Counted from the first letter of the stretch, positions 42,401-53,800 are shown. The stretch: DNA of 64,000 nt from Nostoc sp. (GCA_036918135.1 JBALDB010000032.1:64001-128000), one strand, 5' to 3'. Notes: a model not told the origin generated them from the sequence alone. Made by a program: numbers and translations.

Positions 42401-42880
42401 GCTAACCCAAATAATTTGGGTGTTAGTTGTTACTAGAGAGCGGTATCGTGCTTCACTCTGTTTCAAGATTTTTTCAGCGTCTTCGCGTTCTTTGTGGGCA
42501 CGCTTGAGGTCGCTAATGTCCTCCACAGTTGACAAAATTAGCCGCTCCCCATCCTTCTCAACCAGTACTGCCGAAAGCCTGACCGGAACCAAATGCCCGT
42601 TTTTGTGGATGTAATCTTTTTCACAAGGTTCGCAGCGGCCATTTCGTTCTAAGCTCTCTAGCATCGTTGATTGAGCGCCATACTTCTGCGGTGTCATCTC
42701 CCAATAGTTAACATTCAAGGTTTGGGGGACAGTCCGCCCCAAAATAGCTGCATAAGCAGGATTGATGTCAATCACTGTCCCATTTAGCCGGGACAGTACT
42801 AGACCAACTGGACATTGTTCAAATAGCTGACGGTAATATTCATCAACTTGGCTAGGCATGGTTGAGGTTTCCTCAGTCAT
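39491..42880 (-). CDS. Hybrid multi-PAS histidine kinase with two receiver domains
   Basis: Several PAS/PAC repeats, SHELRTPL, NAIKFT, GTGLGL, receiver LDVMMP. Confidence 0.95.
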   Translation of the reverse strand: MTEETSTMPSQVDEYYRQLFEQCPVGLVLSRLNGTVIDINPAYAAILGRTVPQTLNVNYWEMTPQKYGAQSTMLESLERNGRCEPCEKDYIHKNGHLVPVRLSAVLVEKDGERLILSTVEDISDLKRAHKEREDAEKILKQSEARYRSLVTTNTQIIWVSTPEGICFELASWIAYTGQSLAEAENGGWINALHPDDRAYTGEVWSTAVTNRSLYQIEYRIRGKDGNYRYFWVWGAPVIEEDGSVREWIGTCTDIHDRKLAEAENQRLKERYSTLVTATSQIVWGATPEGLGIGNEMLTWIAYTGQTQEEVTGWGWLDPIHPDDRAESAEVWNTAVANRGLYQTEYRLRGKDGIHRYFSVCGAPVLEADGSIREWIGTCSDINDRKLAEAENQRLMDMLNHSSDAVIIRDMTDKILYWNQGAQRLYGWTREEVKNQYIYTFLKKIFPQPKETIFAELLQQGNWEGEVQHFTRNGQLITVQSRWTLQRSISGQACAVLEINTDITARKQAEIALRQLNQQLEAKVTERTAALENTLAEAQGLNAILDNLADGLLVTDTTGQITHFNPAFLAMYGLTADTLKGHYRKLPISGLADLVEKTQSHPSEVLAAEVTLVKERIGQAVAAAIFKRGSGNEPAACFGSALLIRDVTVEKEIDKMKTDFISTVSHELRTPLTSVLGFASIIKEKLESDVFPMLTGEDRKLQKTIKRVGDNLNIIVSEAERLTSLINDVLDIAKMEAGKVEWQMQPLDPTELLDWATTSTAALFETNGLELITEIEPGLPEVVGDRNRLLQVLINLISNAIKFTQSGSITCCIKQENDALCFSIIDTGVGIAPEDQPKVFEKFRQVGDTLTDKPKGTGLGLPICKQIVEHHGGRIWVESQSGKGSMFSFIIPIYTNNHKTDAKLNLDALVKQLKEHVITTNTLPNENRKTILVVDDDANIRELLRQQLENEGYNVREAKDGMHAIHQIKIARPDLILLDVMMPQINGFDVAAVLKNDPQTADIPIIILSIVENKERGYHIGIDRYLTKPINTENLLSEIGLLLTQGTSSKKVLVVDENASTLKTISDVLQTQGYSVIEASNPQECIHKALSVKPDMIIIDSIFSQKADLVKTLRFEKQLENVFFIMLSDR

Positions 42881-44885
42881 TTAAGTGAGTGGCATTCTGA
42901 CAACAGAACCAGGACAATAGAGTGGCGTAAAGCTTTAAGGAAATTGGGTGGCGTTGGAACAGTTGGTAAATTTGATCGGGTTGTGCAACGCCAATATCTG
43001 GACTCTGCTGTGAAAGTCGTTGGATCAGTTGAGTATGGCGGATTAGTAAATCTGCTGGTTTGAGCATTGGTATTGTTGATGAAATGAAACCCTCGGCATC
43101 GATAGTGGAGCAGAGTTCGGTTGTGGGAGTTGGTGAAACAGAATTTGTGTCACAGTGCCCTGGTAGAGCTTCTAGCACTGAATAATTCACCGGAATTTGA
43201 ATCCAGAATTCTGTACCTTCACCCAATTGAGAACGACACTTGAGAATTCCTCCGTGTCTGTCTACAACAATTTGGTGGCTGATCGCCATACCTAATCCAG
43301 TTCCTTTACCAATCTCTTTGGTAGTAAAGAAGGGATCGTAAATGCGTTGGATGATGTTTTCCTTCATGCCTGGGCCGTTGTCTGCAATGCGAATTACAAT
43401 CCAGTTGTTATCTAGGGTTTGGGTGCGAATGCTGATTTGGGGAGTAGGGGAGCGTTGAGTTGTGATTTGTAAATTGTGATTTAATTGTGATTCGTAATTT
43501 TGCCATTCGCTATTCGCCATTCCCTCTTCTAGCGCATCAATAGCATTTGCCAGGATGTTCATAAACACTTGATTTAACTGTCCTGGGTAGCATTCAATCA
43601 GGGGAAGTTTGGCATACTCTTTAACGATTTCAATTGCCGGACGGTGAGCAGACGCTTTTAGGCGATGGCGAAGAATCATTAGCGTCCCATCAATGCCATC
43701 ATGGATGTTGACAGCTTTGATTTGGGTTTCGTCATGGCGGGAGAAGTTTTTCAGAGATTGGACAATTTCTACAATGCGGTCTGTGCCCAGTTTCATCGAA
43801 TCCAGCAGTTTGGGAAGATCCTGCATGATAAATTCCACATCAATACTGTCTAGCTCTGATTGCAGATCTGGCGGAGCTACAGGTAAAAATTTCTGATAGT
43901 CTTGCAGCAGGTGTAATAAGTCATTAGCGTACTCTGCAACATACCTCAAATTCCCGCAAATAAAGTTCACTGGGTTATTGATTTCGTGGGCCACTCCAGC
44001 AATTAGTTGCCCTAAAGAAGACATTTTCTCGCTTTGGATTAACTGAGTTTGTGCCAGTTGCAAATCTTGCAGAGCTTGTTGAAGTTTTTGTGTTTGGGCT
44101 TTTGCTTGGATGGTTGCTTGAGTGCTTTGCTCATAAAGCAAAGCTTTTTCAATGGCGATCGCAGTTTGAGACGCAAAGATAGTTACAAGTTTCAGGTGTT
44201 CGGTTCTGTAGGAGTCGATTTTGTCTGTACCAATAGCGATCGCTCCTATTACCCGCTCTTTTGCTCTTAAAGGTACACAAATCAAAGCGTTAATGTTTTT
44301 CTGTGCCCATAATCGAGAATCAGCTTGCACGTCATTTACCAGTTCAGCTCGACCGGATTCGATAATGCTGCCAATTATTCCCTTGCCTAGTTCTGGCTGA
44401 TTCTGCTCAAAAAACGCTCCAAACTCGCCAATGATTTCAAATTCAGCCGTATCGGGACTGAGCAGCAAAATTATCCCTGCTGAGGATTCAATCAATTGAC
44501 TCATTTCCTGGAGTACAAGTTGGGCAATCTGTCGTCTATCCAAACTCGTTGTCAGTTGAGTTGAAATGTCTTCAAACAAATCAATTTCCTGATATCGCTC
44601 TAGCAGTTCTTTAGCAAGTATTTTCTTCTCAGCTTCCTGCTTTGCCAATAACGAGAGCCAACCCGCCAGTAAACTTGCCTGTTCTTTACCAACAACCCAA
44701 CCGATGATTTCTCCTGACGCCTCAATTGGATATCGATTTTCTGATGTTTGCTCGCCAATACTAATCAGTTTCGTACCGTCCACTAGTTCAACGTCAATCG
44801 CGATGTTCAGTCGGTATACTAAGTCCTGAAGCAGAGATGGCAACTCTTCTTTATTAAGAATCTTTCTAAGGCTAACTGCCGACAT
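42873..44885 (-). CDS. GAF-domain histidine kinase (NtrB-like H-box)
   Basis: GAF domain, EKMSSLGQLIAGVAHEINNP, NAIDA, DNGPG, GTGLG; start taken at MSAVSL. Confidence 0.93.
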   Translation of the reverse strand: MSAVSLRKILNKEELPSLLQDLVYRLNIAIDVELVDGTKLISIGEQTSENRYPIEASGEIIGWVVGKEQASLLAGWLSLLAKQEAEKKILAKELLERYQEIDLFEDISTQLTTSLDRRQIAQLVLQEMSQLIESSAGIILLLSPDTAEFEIIGEFGAFFEQNQPELGKGIIGSIIESGRAELVNDVQADSRLWAQKNINALICVPLRAKERVIGAIAIGTDKIDSYRTEHLKLVTIFASQTAIAIEKALLYEQSTQATIQAKAQTQKLQQALQDLQLAQTQLIQSEKMSSLGQLIAGVAHEINNPVNFICGNLRYVAEYANDLLHLLQDYQKFLPVAPPDLQSELDSIDVEFIMQDLPKLLDSMKLGTDRIVEIVQSLKNFSRHDETQIKAVNIHDGIDGTLMILRHRLKASAHRPAIEIVKEYAKLPLIECYPGQLNQVFMNILANAIDALEEGMANSEWQNYESQLNHNLQITTQRSPTPQISIRTQTLDNNWIVIRIADNGPGMKENIIQRIYDPFFTTKEIGKGTGLGMAISHQIVVDRHGGILKCRSQLGEGTEFWIQIPVNYSVLEALPGHCDTNSVSPTPTTELCSTIDAEGFISSTIPMLKPADLLIRHTQLIQRLSQQSPDIGVAQPDQIYQLFQRHPISLKLYATLLSWFCCQNATHLND

Positions 44886-45003
44886 GAAACACCTCATCTA
44901 GAGTGGATTGTAAATTTCCGGCAATCAAGACAACCCAGTAATTAATTTCATCCGCTACCCCGACTACAAAGTTTTCCAAAGCAGATATTTTAGAAATTTC
45001 CAT
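44872..45003 (-). CDS. Small HisKA-like peptide or kinase remnant
   Basis: SKISALENFVVGVADEINYWVVLIAGNL aligns with EKMSSLGQLIAGVAHEINNPVNFICGNL of the next gene. Confidence 0.4.
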   Translation of the reverse strand: MEISKISALENFVVGVADEINYWVVLIAGNLQSTLDEVFHVGS

Positions 45004-45475
45004 CAAAATCTCGGAAATATAATAATTCGCTAATAACACTAGTTTTCCCAGGAAGATTGGTAGCATAACAATTACCTTACGGAGGAGCCAATACCTTTAA
45101 AATCTGTAACAAAGACGCCCTTGATGGGTGAAAGCTTATTATTTAGCGATCGCCTCTTGTTGCTCTCTGGAATTTTATCTTCGTAAATTACGTATACTTA
45201 ATTTCTGTTAATCCATAGGCGATCGCTGCAACGTACGGGAAATTTACTCAAACAATAAAAGTTGTGGCTCAGACAACTTTTGAGAGCGCTACATGAGTAG
45301 AAAAAATTAGTTATGGAAGTTTTATAAATTTATCAAAAATATCAGCAATATTAAGTGATAACGAGAAAACAGTATTATAATATATTTTTCTTTTTGTCAA
45401 GGGTAATTTAACGTAGATATAAAAATTTTTTGCTAATTATCTAAATTAAATATATATATTTACTGACTTCTAAAA

Positions 45476-45561
45476 ATATAGCAGGAGGCAGGAGGTAAAA
45501 ACATTACTCTTCGTGATATTCACGCTTATAGAATGTCCTAACCTATATGACTACAGCTATA
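45476..45561. repeat. Dispersed ~90-bp MITE-like repeat (copy 2)
   Basis: Matches 26476-26570; TATAGC...GCTATA ends. Confidence 0.6.
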
Positions 45562-46199
45562 GATAATCTTTAAGCTTTTAGGAAAATTCATATTTTTACT
45601 AAAGACGTGACATTTATCAATGTACTAGTTAATATGTAACTTGACAATTGAATGATTTTACTCACTTATTTATTAAGTTTAACTAATATCAATTGTTAAA
45701 TACTTTTCCAGCCAGCAGCAAAATTGTCTTCTCAATCTGGCTATTAATGGAATCGAAACAATAAAAATAGCAATAATTCTTGGAATAAGAGCAATACTTA
45801 ATTGTTGTTTTAATCAAGATAATTAACATTAAAAAACTGCTATTAAATAAATTTAGTTTGAGGTGTAAATATATTGAAGAAGCTGATAATTATATTTAAT
45901 CGAGCGTCTATATTTTAAATAAAAAAAGCTAAGTTGTGTTACTGATTATTTACTATAAATCAAACTTTTTATCAGTTACATATGGCAAAGACAGGTTAAA
46001 GCTGTAATTTATTCTGGACTAAAGAGATGATATCAGTGCATCAATTTAGTACTGTATGTTTATTGATTTAATCTCTACTGCAAGGAAAGGTAGAAGGATG
46101 GCACTACAAGGTCAAGATAACGCAAACTATATTTGCAAGTTTAGGCTACTACTTTGAGGCATTCCAAAATACAACTAAAATACCTGGAGAAATCTATCG

Positions 46200-48029
46200 A
46201 TGAGTTTTAGATACTTCAAGCATTGGTTAAGATTTAGGTCAATTCAAAGCATTGTTGTTTTGGTTCTCGTGTCAACTCCTCTATGTAATGCATTCGCTCA
46301 GACTGCTCCCAAAGGAGGAATTGATTGGATTTTGGTAGTGGATACTTCTGCTTCAATGCGTGGTGTAGGTGGAACAAAAAATATTTTTGACTTAGTAAAG
46401 AATTCAATTACTCAATTTGTTAACACAGCCAGATTAGGCGATACAGTTACTATCTATACTTTTGATAAAGATGTAACCTTAAATGCTGACAATATTAGTA
46501 TTACAAGTAATCCTGACAGAGGTAAACTCAAGCAAATAATTAACTCATTTCAGGCTGAGGGTGTGCGGACTCACACAGGTAAGGCAGTACAAAAAGCTTT
46601 GCAACATTCTGCTGTATTAAATCAACGTGCTGATGCTCTTGGTCGGACTGTCAGCATAGTGTTTCTGACAGATGGATTAGAAGATGTGCGTGGTATTCCT
46701 AATCCAGTTCCCATTCCCAGTAATACTCAATTTTTGCGCCAGCAACAATGTAAACCCTATATATTTTTTGTGTCTCTAGGATTAAAAGAACACGAAAAGC
46801 AACTCAACGAATTTGCTAGTAATCCAGCGCTTTGTGGTAAGGGAAAGGTATTGCGAGACCCTGGAGGAGTTCAGCTAAACCAGCTGGCTCAAAATATTCG
46901 ACCCGTGCTAATTCAACCCAAACTAGATGTTAATTTATCGACTCAAAATTTACCAGCAGTATCACCAGGCGCAACTACTGAAACATTCAATATTAATAGT
47001 ATCAGTAATGTCAACACTAAAGTAAGTTTGCAACTGGAAGACCCCAACCAAAGTGGTATTCGTTTAATTCCACCCGATCGCACAATCGACTTAATTGCCA
47101 ATCAACCAACAGCTATTCCTGTGCGCTTACAGATACCAGCAGAGGCAAAGGGAGGTACTAACAGTTTGCGCTTAGTGCTGACGAGCTTAAATCGAGAAAT
47201 CGCACCAATTGCACTAGACCTACCTTTAACCATTCAGTCAAAACTGCAAATACAACCTACAAGGATAGATTTTGGCTCAATAGAAGCAGGCAAAACCACT
47301 CAAACCCAAACTTTAGTAGTTCGCACCAATATATCGGGAACAGCTAAATTACAGTTGCAAGGCAATTTCCAAGATATTTCTGTCGGACAACCAACAGCTG
47401 CCATATCCTTGCAACCAGGAGAAACTAAAGTTCCAGTACAGTTACAAGTTGTTGATAGCAGTTTTGCAGGCGATCGCACCTTCAGCTTGTTACTCACCCC
47501 AGATAATCCGATTGCTAGTCCTATCAGTGCAGAAGTTCATCTACATATTTTCATGCCTTTGGGACGAAAAATAGTTATTTGCTTGCTTTTAGTACTGCTG
47601 GTGTTGTTAATCACCCTGCTAGTAATTTGTTTGATTCAACGCAAAACCCCCTTAGAATTACTCGAAGATTTCCGCAACCGTAACCGCTTAGAAGGAGCAT
47701 TGGTAGTACTGGAACCACTACCACAATCATCCCAGGACGAAGAGATTAGTCTGACTCACCAACATAAGAGTAAAGTATGCTTGAGTGAATTGATACCAGC
47801 AATTACTGCCACCAATTTTGATGCCGAGTTAGTTGTAGCTTGGCGAGCAGGAAAAAAGAATATATATTTACGCTGTTTAAAAGGTGTAATTTTTGTCAAT
47901 ACTAAAAATATAAATACAGATGAACTCTACGATGAGGACATCATCGAGATTGGCAACGTTAAGCTGCAATTTCACTGGATTGAACACCAAAGGCCCTCTG
48001 AGTTAAACAGTGGGCAGACAAACTTTTGA
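46200..48029 (+). CDS. Membrane-anchored vWA-domain protein with Ig-like beta domains and FHA-like tail
   Basis: Signal peptide (..NAFAQ), MIDAS DTSASM...T...LTDG, beta-rich repeats, TM IVICLLLVLLVLLITLLVICLI, tail LYDEDIIEIGNVKLQF. Confidence 0.85.
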   Translation: MSFRYFKHWLRFRSIQSIVVLVLVSTPLCNAFAQTAPKGGIDWILVVDTSASMRGVGGTKNIFDLVKNSITQFVNTARLGDTVTIYTFDKDVTLNADNISITSNPDRGKLKQIINSFQAEGVRTHTGKAVQKALQHSAVLNQRADALGRTVSIVFLTDGLEDVRGIPNPVPIPSNTQFLRQQQCKPYIFFVSLGLKEHEKQLNEFASNPALCGKGKVLRDPGGVQLNQLAQNIRPVLIQPKLDVNLSTQNLPAVSPGATTETFNINSISNVNTKVSLQLEDPNQSGIRLIPPDRTIDLIANQPTAIPVRLQIPAEAKGGTNSLRLVLTSLNREIAPIALDLPLTIQSKLQIQPTRIDFGSIEAGKTTQTQTLVVRTNISGTAKLQLQGNFQDISVGQPTAAISLQPGETKVPVQLQVVDSSFAGDRTFSLLLTPDNPIASPISAEVHLHIFMPLGRKIVICLLLVLLVLLITLLVICLIQRKTPLELLEDFRNRNRLEGALVVLEPLPQSSQDEEISLTHQHKSKVCLSELIPAITATNFDAELVVAWRAGKKNIYLRCLKGVIFVNTKNINTDELYDEDIIEIGNVKLQFHWIEHQRPSELNSGQTNF

Positions 48030-48049
48030 ATCATGTCAGGGGAAAGTGA

Positions 48050-50806
48050 ATGTTAAGTCCTACGGTTGTGCGTCCCACGGTTGTTTTTCGACCTACTGTT
48101 GTGATTGGTTTAGGAGGTACGGGCTATGAAGTTGTGCTAAAGCTCAAAAAGCGATTCATAGATGTTTACGGCTCAGTACCAGAGGTTATTCGTTTTCTTT
48201 CTATTGATACTACCGAAAACATCCAAGAACGAGAAAAATCACCTGATGGCATCAAGGTTTTCTTAGAACCTAACGAACTTTATGCAATCTCAGTAGCAAA
48301 TCCAGGACAACTAATAGGGGGACGTAACGATCACATTGATGAATGGTGGCCTAAGGATAAGGTTCCTACAAACTGCATTCTCAGTGGTGCAGGACAGATT
48401 CGGGCACGGGGACGATTAGCATTATTTGCTAAAGTTGCGGATATTAACGCTTTAATAGGTCAAGCCATTAATGCAGTACGCGAAATTCGTGCTAGCAAAC
48501 AAGTATTTAGAGAAAACTTTCAGGTTTCAAATCGCGACGGTGTTGAAGTTTATGTTGTTGGCAGTTTGGCTGGTGGGACGGGTAGTGGCACATTTTTAGA
48601 CGCGGCATTTTTAGCACGGCAATATCTCAATAGTTTTTCTAATATTACAGGGGTATTTGTTTTACCTAGAGTGTTTGCAAATCTCTCCCAAACTCATTTG
48701 GTAAAGTCAAATGCTTATGGCGCTCTTAAGGAAATCGAACACTTTTGGGGATTGTCACCGTCTAATAGCATTGAGATTGATTACGGTATTTCAAAAATCA
48801 AAGCTGACCGTCCTCCCTTTGATGCTGTATTTTTGATTGATGGGGTTAACAAAAATGGAACTGTAGTCAGCCGTCCAGACGATTTGCAAAATTTAGTTGC
48901 AGATGGTTTGTACATCCAGATTGGTTCTCAAATCGGTCTAGACGCTGCTAACGTTGCCGATAATATTCGTGCTTATCTAGCAACTGGCGAGAAAGTCCGA
49001 GGCCGGAATATAAATTACTGTAGTTTTGGCTTTGCTACTTTGACTCTGCCAGTACAGCAGTATGAGCGGATGAAATTGGATGATGCTCAAAAGTTAATGA
49101 AGAATGAGTTGATGGCATCTACCCCGACAATTGATTTAGAAAACGACATCAATCGATTCTTAGAAGATTGTAAGTTAGCAGATGCTAGTACTGTGCTTAA
49201 TACTTTGACAGAAAGCGATCGCGGTGGACAGATTAAACCTGAATTCCGCATTGGTGAAATGCGTTACGACCGTACAGCTTTACCGACAATCAAAGAACTC
49301 CACAAGCAGCAGTTAGATAAATTTGAGCAACGGGCGGCTCAAGAATTGGCAGTGAATTTTTCTCAACTAGAGCAGACTACAACTGCTGCCATTTCTACTT
49401 GGTGGGAGCGGAGTCTCAACCGTCCCAATGGACTAGCTTATGTTTTGCAATTTTTAACTAAACTATCCCACATATTAGATGAATTGCAGCTGAGTGTGCA
49501 ACGCAAGTCACAAGAGGCAAAATCCAGCTTCAATGCTTTGAAATTAGAACCACAAGAAGAAAAGATTAAAGAAGCCTCAGAAACTTGGTTTCCAAATAAA
49601 AATACTATTCAAACAGCTTGCCAAAGGTATAAAGAACGGGCCGATCAAAAATGGAAGACTTATTTACATTGGAAGCGTTGTGATAAAGCAGCTGAACTTT
49701 ATGGTGTGCTACGGGCTAGGCTGGAAGAACTCCACGAAAAGTGCCAGCGTCTACAAAGTAATTTAGATAAAGTTTACCGAGATTTTGAACAGAGTGATCG
49801 CGAAGTCAGTCGTGAGGGAAATAACGACAATCCTTTTATCCATACTATTGGGCGGATTAATCTCCAATCGAAACGCCCTAAAATTACTGGGGAAGATTTT
49901 ATCCGTTGGTCTAGAGAACAGTCTCAAAGTTTAACAAATTGGTCAGAGAAAAAAGCTGAAGATGTCAAAAGTCAAATCTTAGCATTTTTGAATGAGACTT
50001 ATAGCCCACTGACGAGTATGACTGTTGAGCAGGTATTAGCAGATAGCAATCCGGAAGATGCCGGAAAAGATTTAGAACAACTCGGAAAACTTGCAGTTCC
50101 TTTGTGGCAATATCAAGCAGAGGAAATTCCAACTCAACAGCAGCACGTAATTACGGAATTTTATTACTACGGAGTAGAGACTAGCAACACAGTTTTTAGC
50201 AACCCACCGCTTTCAAGTCGGCTACCTAAAGGCAATAATAATCCTTCTTTCGTGCCAACAGGCGAACCTCATAAAGTCACTTTGTTTCGAGTGGAAGTAG
50301 GTGTCCCCTTGTTTACCTTCAATGGAATGAGGGATATGGAGCTAGCTTACTTAGATCCGAATAAGGTCTTCAAGCACCTGCACCGCAATTGGACTAATTT
50401 TCCGAATTTAATTCCTCTAGAAGATGACGGTGGGGCGTTGCGTTGGTTTGCCTTAGCGCTAGCACCAGATCCATATAAGTTGATTGTCAATCAGAGGCGA
50501 CAATATTCTATTTATACGATCCAAGCGAGAAAATTAGAAGGTCAAGTTTTGCCTTTGGGAGGCGATCGCAAATCAGCATTTAAGGCTTTCAAAAGCAACT
50601 TGCCTCTGGTGAAAGAAATTGCCGAAAAAGTTGAACGTATTACCCACGAAAATCAAGACAAAGCCAAATTTTCTTTAGAAAACTACATCAATCACCTGAA
50701 TCAGGTTTTAAACGGGGGCAAGGTTGATTCCCAAATTAAAGAACAGGTAGAAATGGAAATCCAGGAAATTGAAGCCTACCTGGAAAATTTGGATGTGATT
50801 ATCTAG
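48050..50806 (+). CDS. FtsZ/tubulin-like GTPase (Tubulin_2 / FtsZl1-type) with long helical C terminus
   Basis: VIGLGGTG, SIDT, GAGQIRARGR, GSLAGGTGSG tubulin signature, NAYGALKEI. Confidence 0.9.
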   Translation: MLSPTVVRPTVVFRPTVVIGLGGTGYEVVLKLKKRFIDVYGSVPEVIRFLSIDTTENIQEREKSPDGIKVFLEPNELYAISVANPGQLIGGRNDHIDEWWPKDKVPTNCILSGAGQIRARGRLALFAKVADINALIGQAINAVREIRASKQVFRENFQVSNRDGVEVYVVGSLAGGTGSGTFLDAAFLARQYLNSFSNITGVFVLPRVFANLSQTHLVKSNAYGALKEIEHFWGLSPSNSIEIDYGISKIKADRPPFDAVFLIDGVNKNGTVVSRPDDLQNLVADGLYIQIGSQIGLDAANVADNIRAYLATGEKVRGRNINYCSFGFATLTLPVQQYERMKLDDAQKLMKNELMASTPTIDLENDINRFLEDCKLADASTVLNTLTESDRGGQIKPEFRIGEMRYDRTALPTIKELHKQQLDKFEQRAAQELAVNFSQLEQTTTAAISTWWERSLNRPNGLAYVLQFLTKLSHILDELQLSVQRKSQEAKSSFNALKLEPQEEKIKEASETWFPNKNTIQTACQRYKERADQKWKTYLHWKRCDKAAELYGVLRARLEELHEKCQRLQSNLDKVYRDFEQSDREVSREGNNDNPFIHTIGRINLQSKRPKITGEDFIRWSREQSQSLTNWSEKKAEDVKSQILAFLNETYSPLTSMTVEQVLADSNPEDAGKDLEQLGKLAVPLWQYQAEEIPTQQQHVITEFYYYGVETSNTVFSNPPLSSRLPKGNNNPSFVPTGEPHKVTLFRVEVGVPLFTFNGMRDMELAYLDPNKVFKHLHRNWTNFPNLIPLEDDGGALRWFALALAPDPYKLIVNQRRQYSIYTIQARKLEGQVLPLGGDRKSAFKAFKSNLPLVKEIAEKVERITHENQDKAKFSLENYINHLNQVLNGGKVDSQIKEQVEMEIQEIEAYLENLDVII

Positions 50807-50836
50807 CCCTCTAGTCTACGTTCTCAGAATATTTTT

Positions 50837-53800
50837 ATGCCGAAACCAACTATTTTAATTGCACTCGATCCTCACAGTGCCGCTTTTTGTGCAGCGATTA
50901 AACGGCAATTGCAAGAATTTCCGGTCGCCCAAAGCTGTTTAATTCAAACTTATACCCTGACTTGGGATGGTCAAGCTTTTGGCTTTAGTCCTGAGTTAGA
51001 TCGATTTGCCGATCCGAGTTTCGATCTGGCTCAAACTCATAGTAAACAAGCTTATCTCTCCAAAATTCGTACCCAGTTTACCGAAGGTGCTAGCAAGCTG
51101 CAAACTGCACTGATAGATGTAATCAAAGGCGGTACTCAATCAAAAGAAGCGCAAGCTGCTAAACGTCAAGGAGTGGAAATCAGCAGCAGCCATCAAATAT
51201 ATCTGATGCTATCAGTTAGCAATCATTTTTCTAGGGCAGTAGTTTTTGAACTAGTGCGCTTAATGCGTTGGCTATTTACTAAGTATTTTACAGATATTCC
51301 CCATAGCTTAGAAGCTTTACTGCTATTGCCAGGGTTATTTGCCGAAGCCACAACTGCCGATTATAGTGCTGCCTACGCCCTGCTGCGGGAATTAGATTAT
51401 AAAATGACAAGTGGAGTGGCGATCGGTGCCAGTCACAAAGCACCACCTTTTGATAACTGCTGGCTGATGGATGAGCGAATTGGGGGACTAAGAGATAATT
51501 TGCTCAGCTATGCTGATGCTTTTGCAGGCTTTCTGACTGTGGAACCCGAAAGTAACAGCTTGTTGATTGGCACACAAAAAGTGCGAGGCAAAATACCCGC
51601 CTATAGTGCTTTTGGCTATGCAGAATTATTTTATCCCGGAGAAACAGCTATTAACCGTTTGAGTGCTGCTTTAGCTGCTGATATTGTAATGGAGCAGTTT
51701 TTACCGAAGGCAGAATTCACTTTAGAAGCAAATCGCAAATCGCTGTTAGATGCCAAAGAATTTGTCCTCAGCGAAGATTTTAGTAATGCTTTTTTGCAAC
51801 TAGAACGAGATAATGGCAAACCAGTTTGGCAAGATTTTAATCCACGGATGGAAATCCGGGCTGGGATGTCTCAGGAATATGGAATGGAATTGCAGCGTGC
51901 TTATCGGCAATTTGAAAATAAAGAATTACTTTCCTATAAGCGCACTCTGGAAAATTGTTGCAAACAGGTACAAACAGCACTAACTACTTTTTTAGACCGC
52001 AGCATTAACCGTTATGTTGATGCTACACCTAGAGGCTTGCATGAAGGAGTTAGACTATTAAACATATTGACCTATTTATACTTAGAACTGCAAACAGATA
52101 GCATTGGCGATCGCTCTAGGAATCTTGTTACAGAACTGCGTGCGGCTGAAGCATTTCTCGACTCTAGATTGCAAGTTATAATTGATAAAGAAACTACTCA
52201 AAATTTATTCAACCAAGTTTTTTCCTTAAAATTGCGACGGCAACAATTACAAGATGCTTTAGCTGAAGGAAATTCTCAAGAACTGCTGCAAGAGATACAA
52301 GCAATTCAAGAACAGTTAGAAACAGCAATTGCTGAGTATCGCCAAGCGTTAAACGCAGAAATAGAACAAGCTCGACAAATTCGCCCTCAGGCGATCGCTC
52401 GCGCTCGCGAACAAGCCCAAGCAGCGATTAATGTAGCTCAGAATCACTTAACTGCTATTGAAAATCAACTCGAAACAGCTACAGACAACCTCAATGAACT
52501 GCTAGCAGAGGAAAACCGTTTTCGCTCTCAGTATCTAGTCATTTATCCTACCTTAGTTACTGTTGGTTTATTTGCCTTGTTGATTCTCACCGGAATTTTC
52601 AGTCAATCAACATTATGGGTATTTTTGCAACAAATCTGGGCTAACCTTATTAGTTATTTGCTTTGGATTGCGGTAACAATTTTGACTTATTTAGGCATCG
52701 TTTGGCTGAAGTACAGCACTAATATCCGCGATCGCATTCAGAAGGTTCAGAAACAAATTCAACGATTAGAAAGCAGTTTAAAAGCAACTGCTGTAGAATT
52801 GCGCCGCAGCTATAACGAACAATTAAAGTTAGAGTATGATTTATATGCCCAAAACCTTCGTGTTGAAGCGTTAAATCATTTGATTAAAATAGCTAAACAA
52901 AAATTTGAAAGTTTACGACAAACCCTCTCTAATTTTTCTGAAGTATACAATAATTTGGTTGCTCAACGCAATCAAGCTACGACCTACTTTTCAGAAATTA
53001 AACTCACAGTTTTTACAGACACAGATATTGATGCTTATTACCAAAGTTTCCTTACCAAATTACCAACCGAAAAATTTACTCAAGAACAGGTGAGTCGTTC
53101 TCAGTCATGGAAAATTTCTGCTGAAGAATTTCAAAACAAACTTATGTGCTTTGCTCGCCAACAGTTTGAAAAACTGCATAATTTGTCTATTGGAGAAGTG
53201 TTAAAGCAATCAGATTTAATTACGCCAAGTACTGCTACTCTACGCTTGAATCAACTATACGATCGCGCTAACTTGTTGCTGCGACTTCAAGATATTGACG
53301 CTAACTTAAACCCTACTTCTCAACGAGAAATGACTCTCTGGGTAGGAGCAAAAGATAAAGAACAAATTTTTGGGCTTTACAGTCGCTTGAGTCGTAGTTT
53401 AACCGCCTTGTTAGCTGAAGATGAGCAACGATTATCTATTTTGACGACTTCGTTGGGCTTTCCGGCTTATTTTCTCAGTCAAATTGAGTTTTATCGAGAC
53501 TGCTATGAACGTACTCAGGGCGAACAAATTGAGCAAGAGGAATTCTTTCCTGATTTAATACCAGAAGAAATCGGTTCGAGTAGAGAATTAAAGCTAGCTT
53601 ATCAAACTCTACTGTTAGCGATCGCTTTGGGAATATTATCCCAAAATGCTCAAGGGAGTTATCAGTTCAATAGTCAATTACTTGGTAGAGAACGCCAACA
53701 AATTGCCTTAGCTTTGGCAACTGAGTTTGCTTTCCAAGAGATACACGCTCAAATTAAAGAACGTATAGAAGTCTTTGAACCTGATTTGATTTATCAAAAA

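Noticed and set aside
45070..46199. Hidden gene or prophage/integration site in the AT-rich gap before the vWA operon
   Set aside because: No ORF of note, integrase, tRNA target or flanking direct repeat was visible; only one MITE-like repeat.
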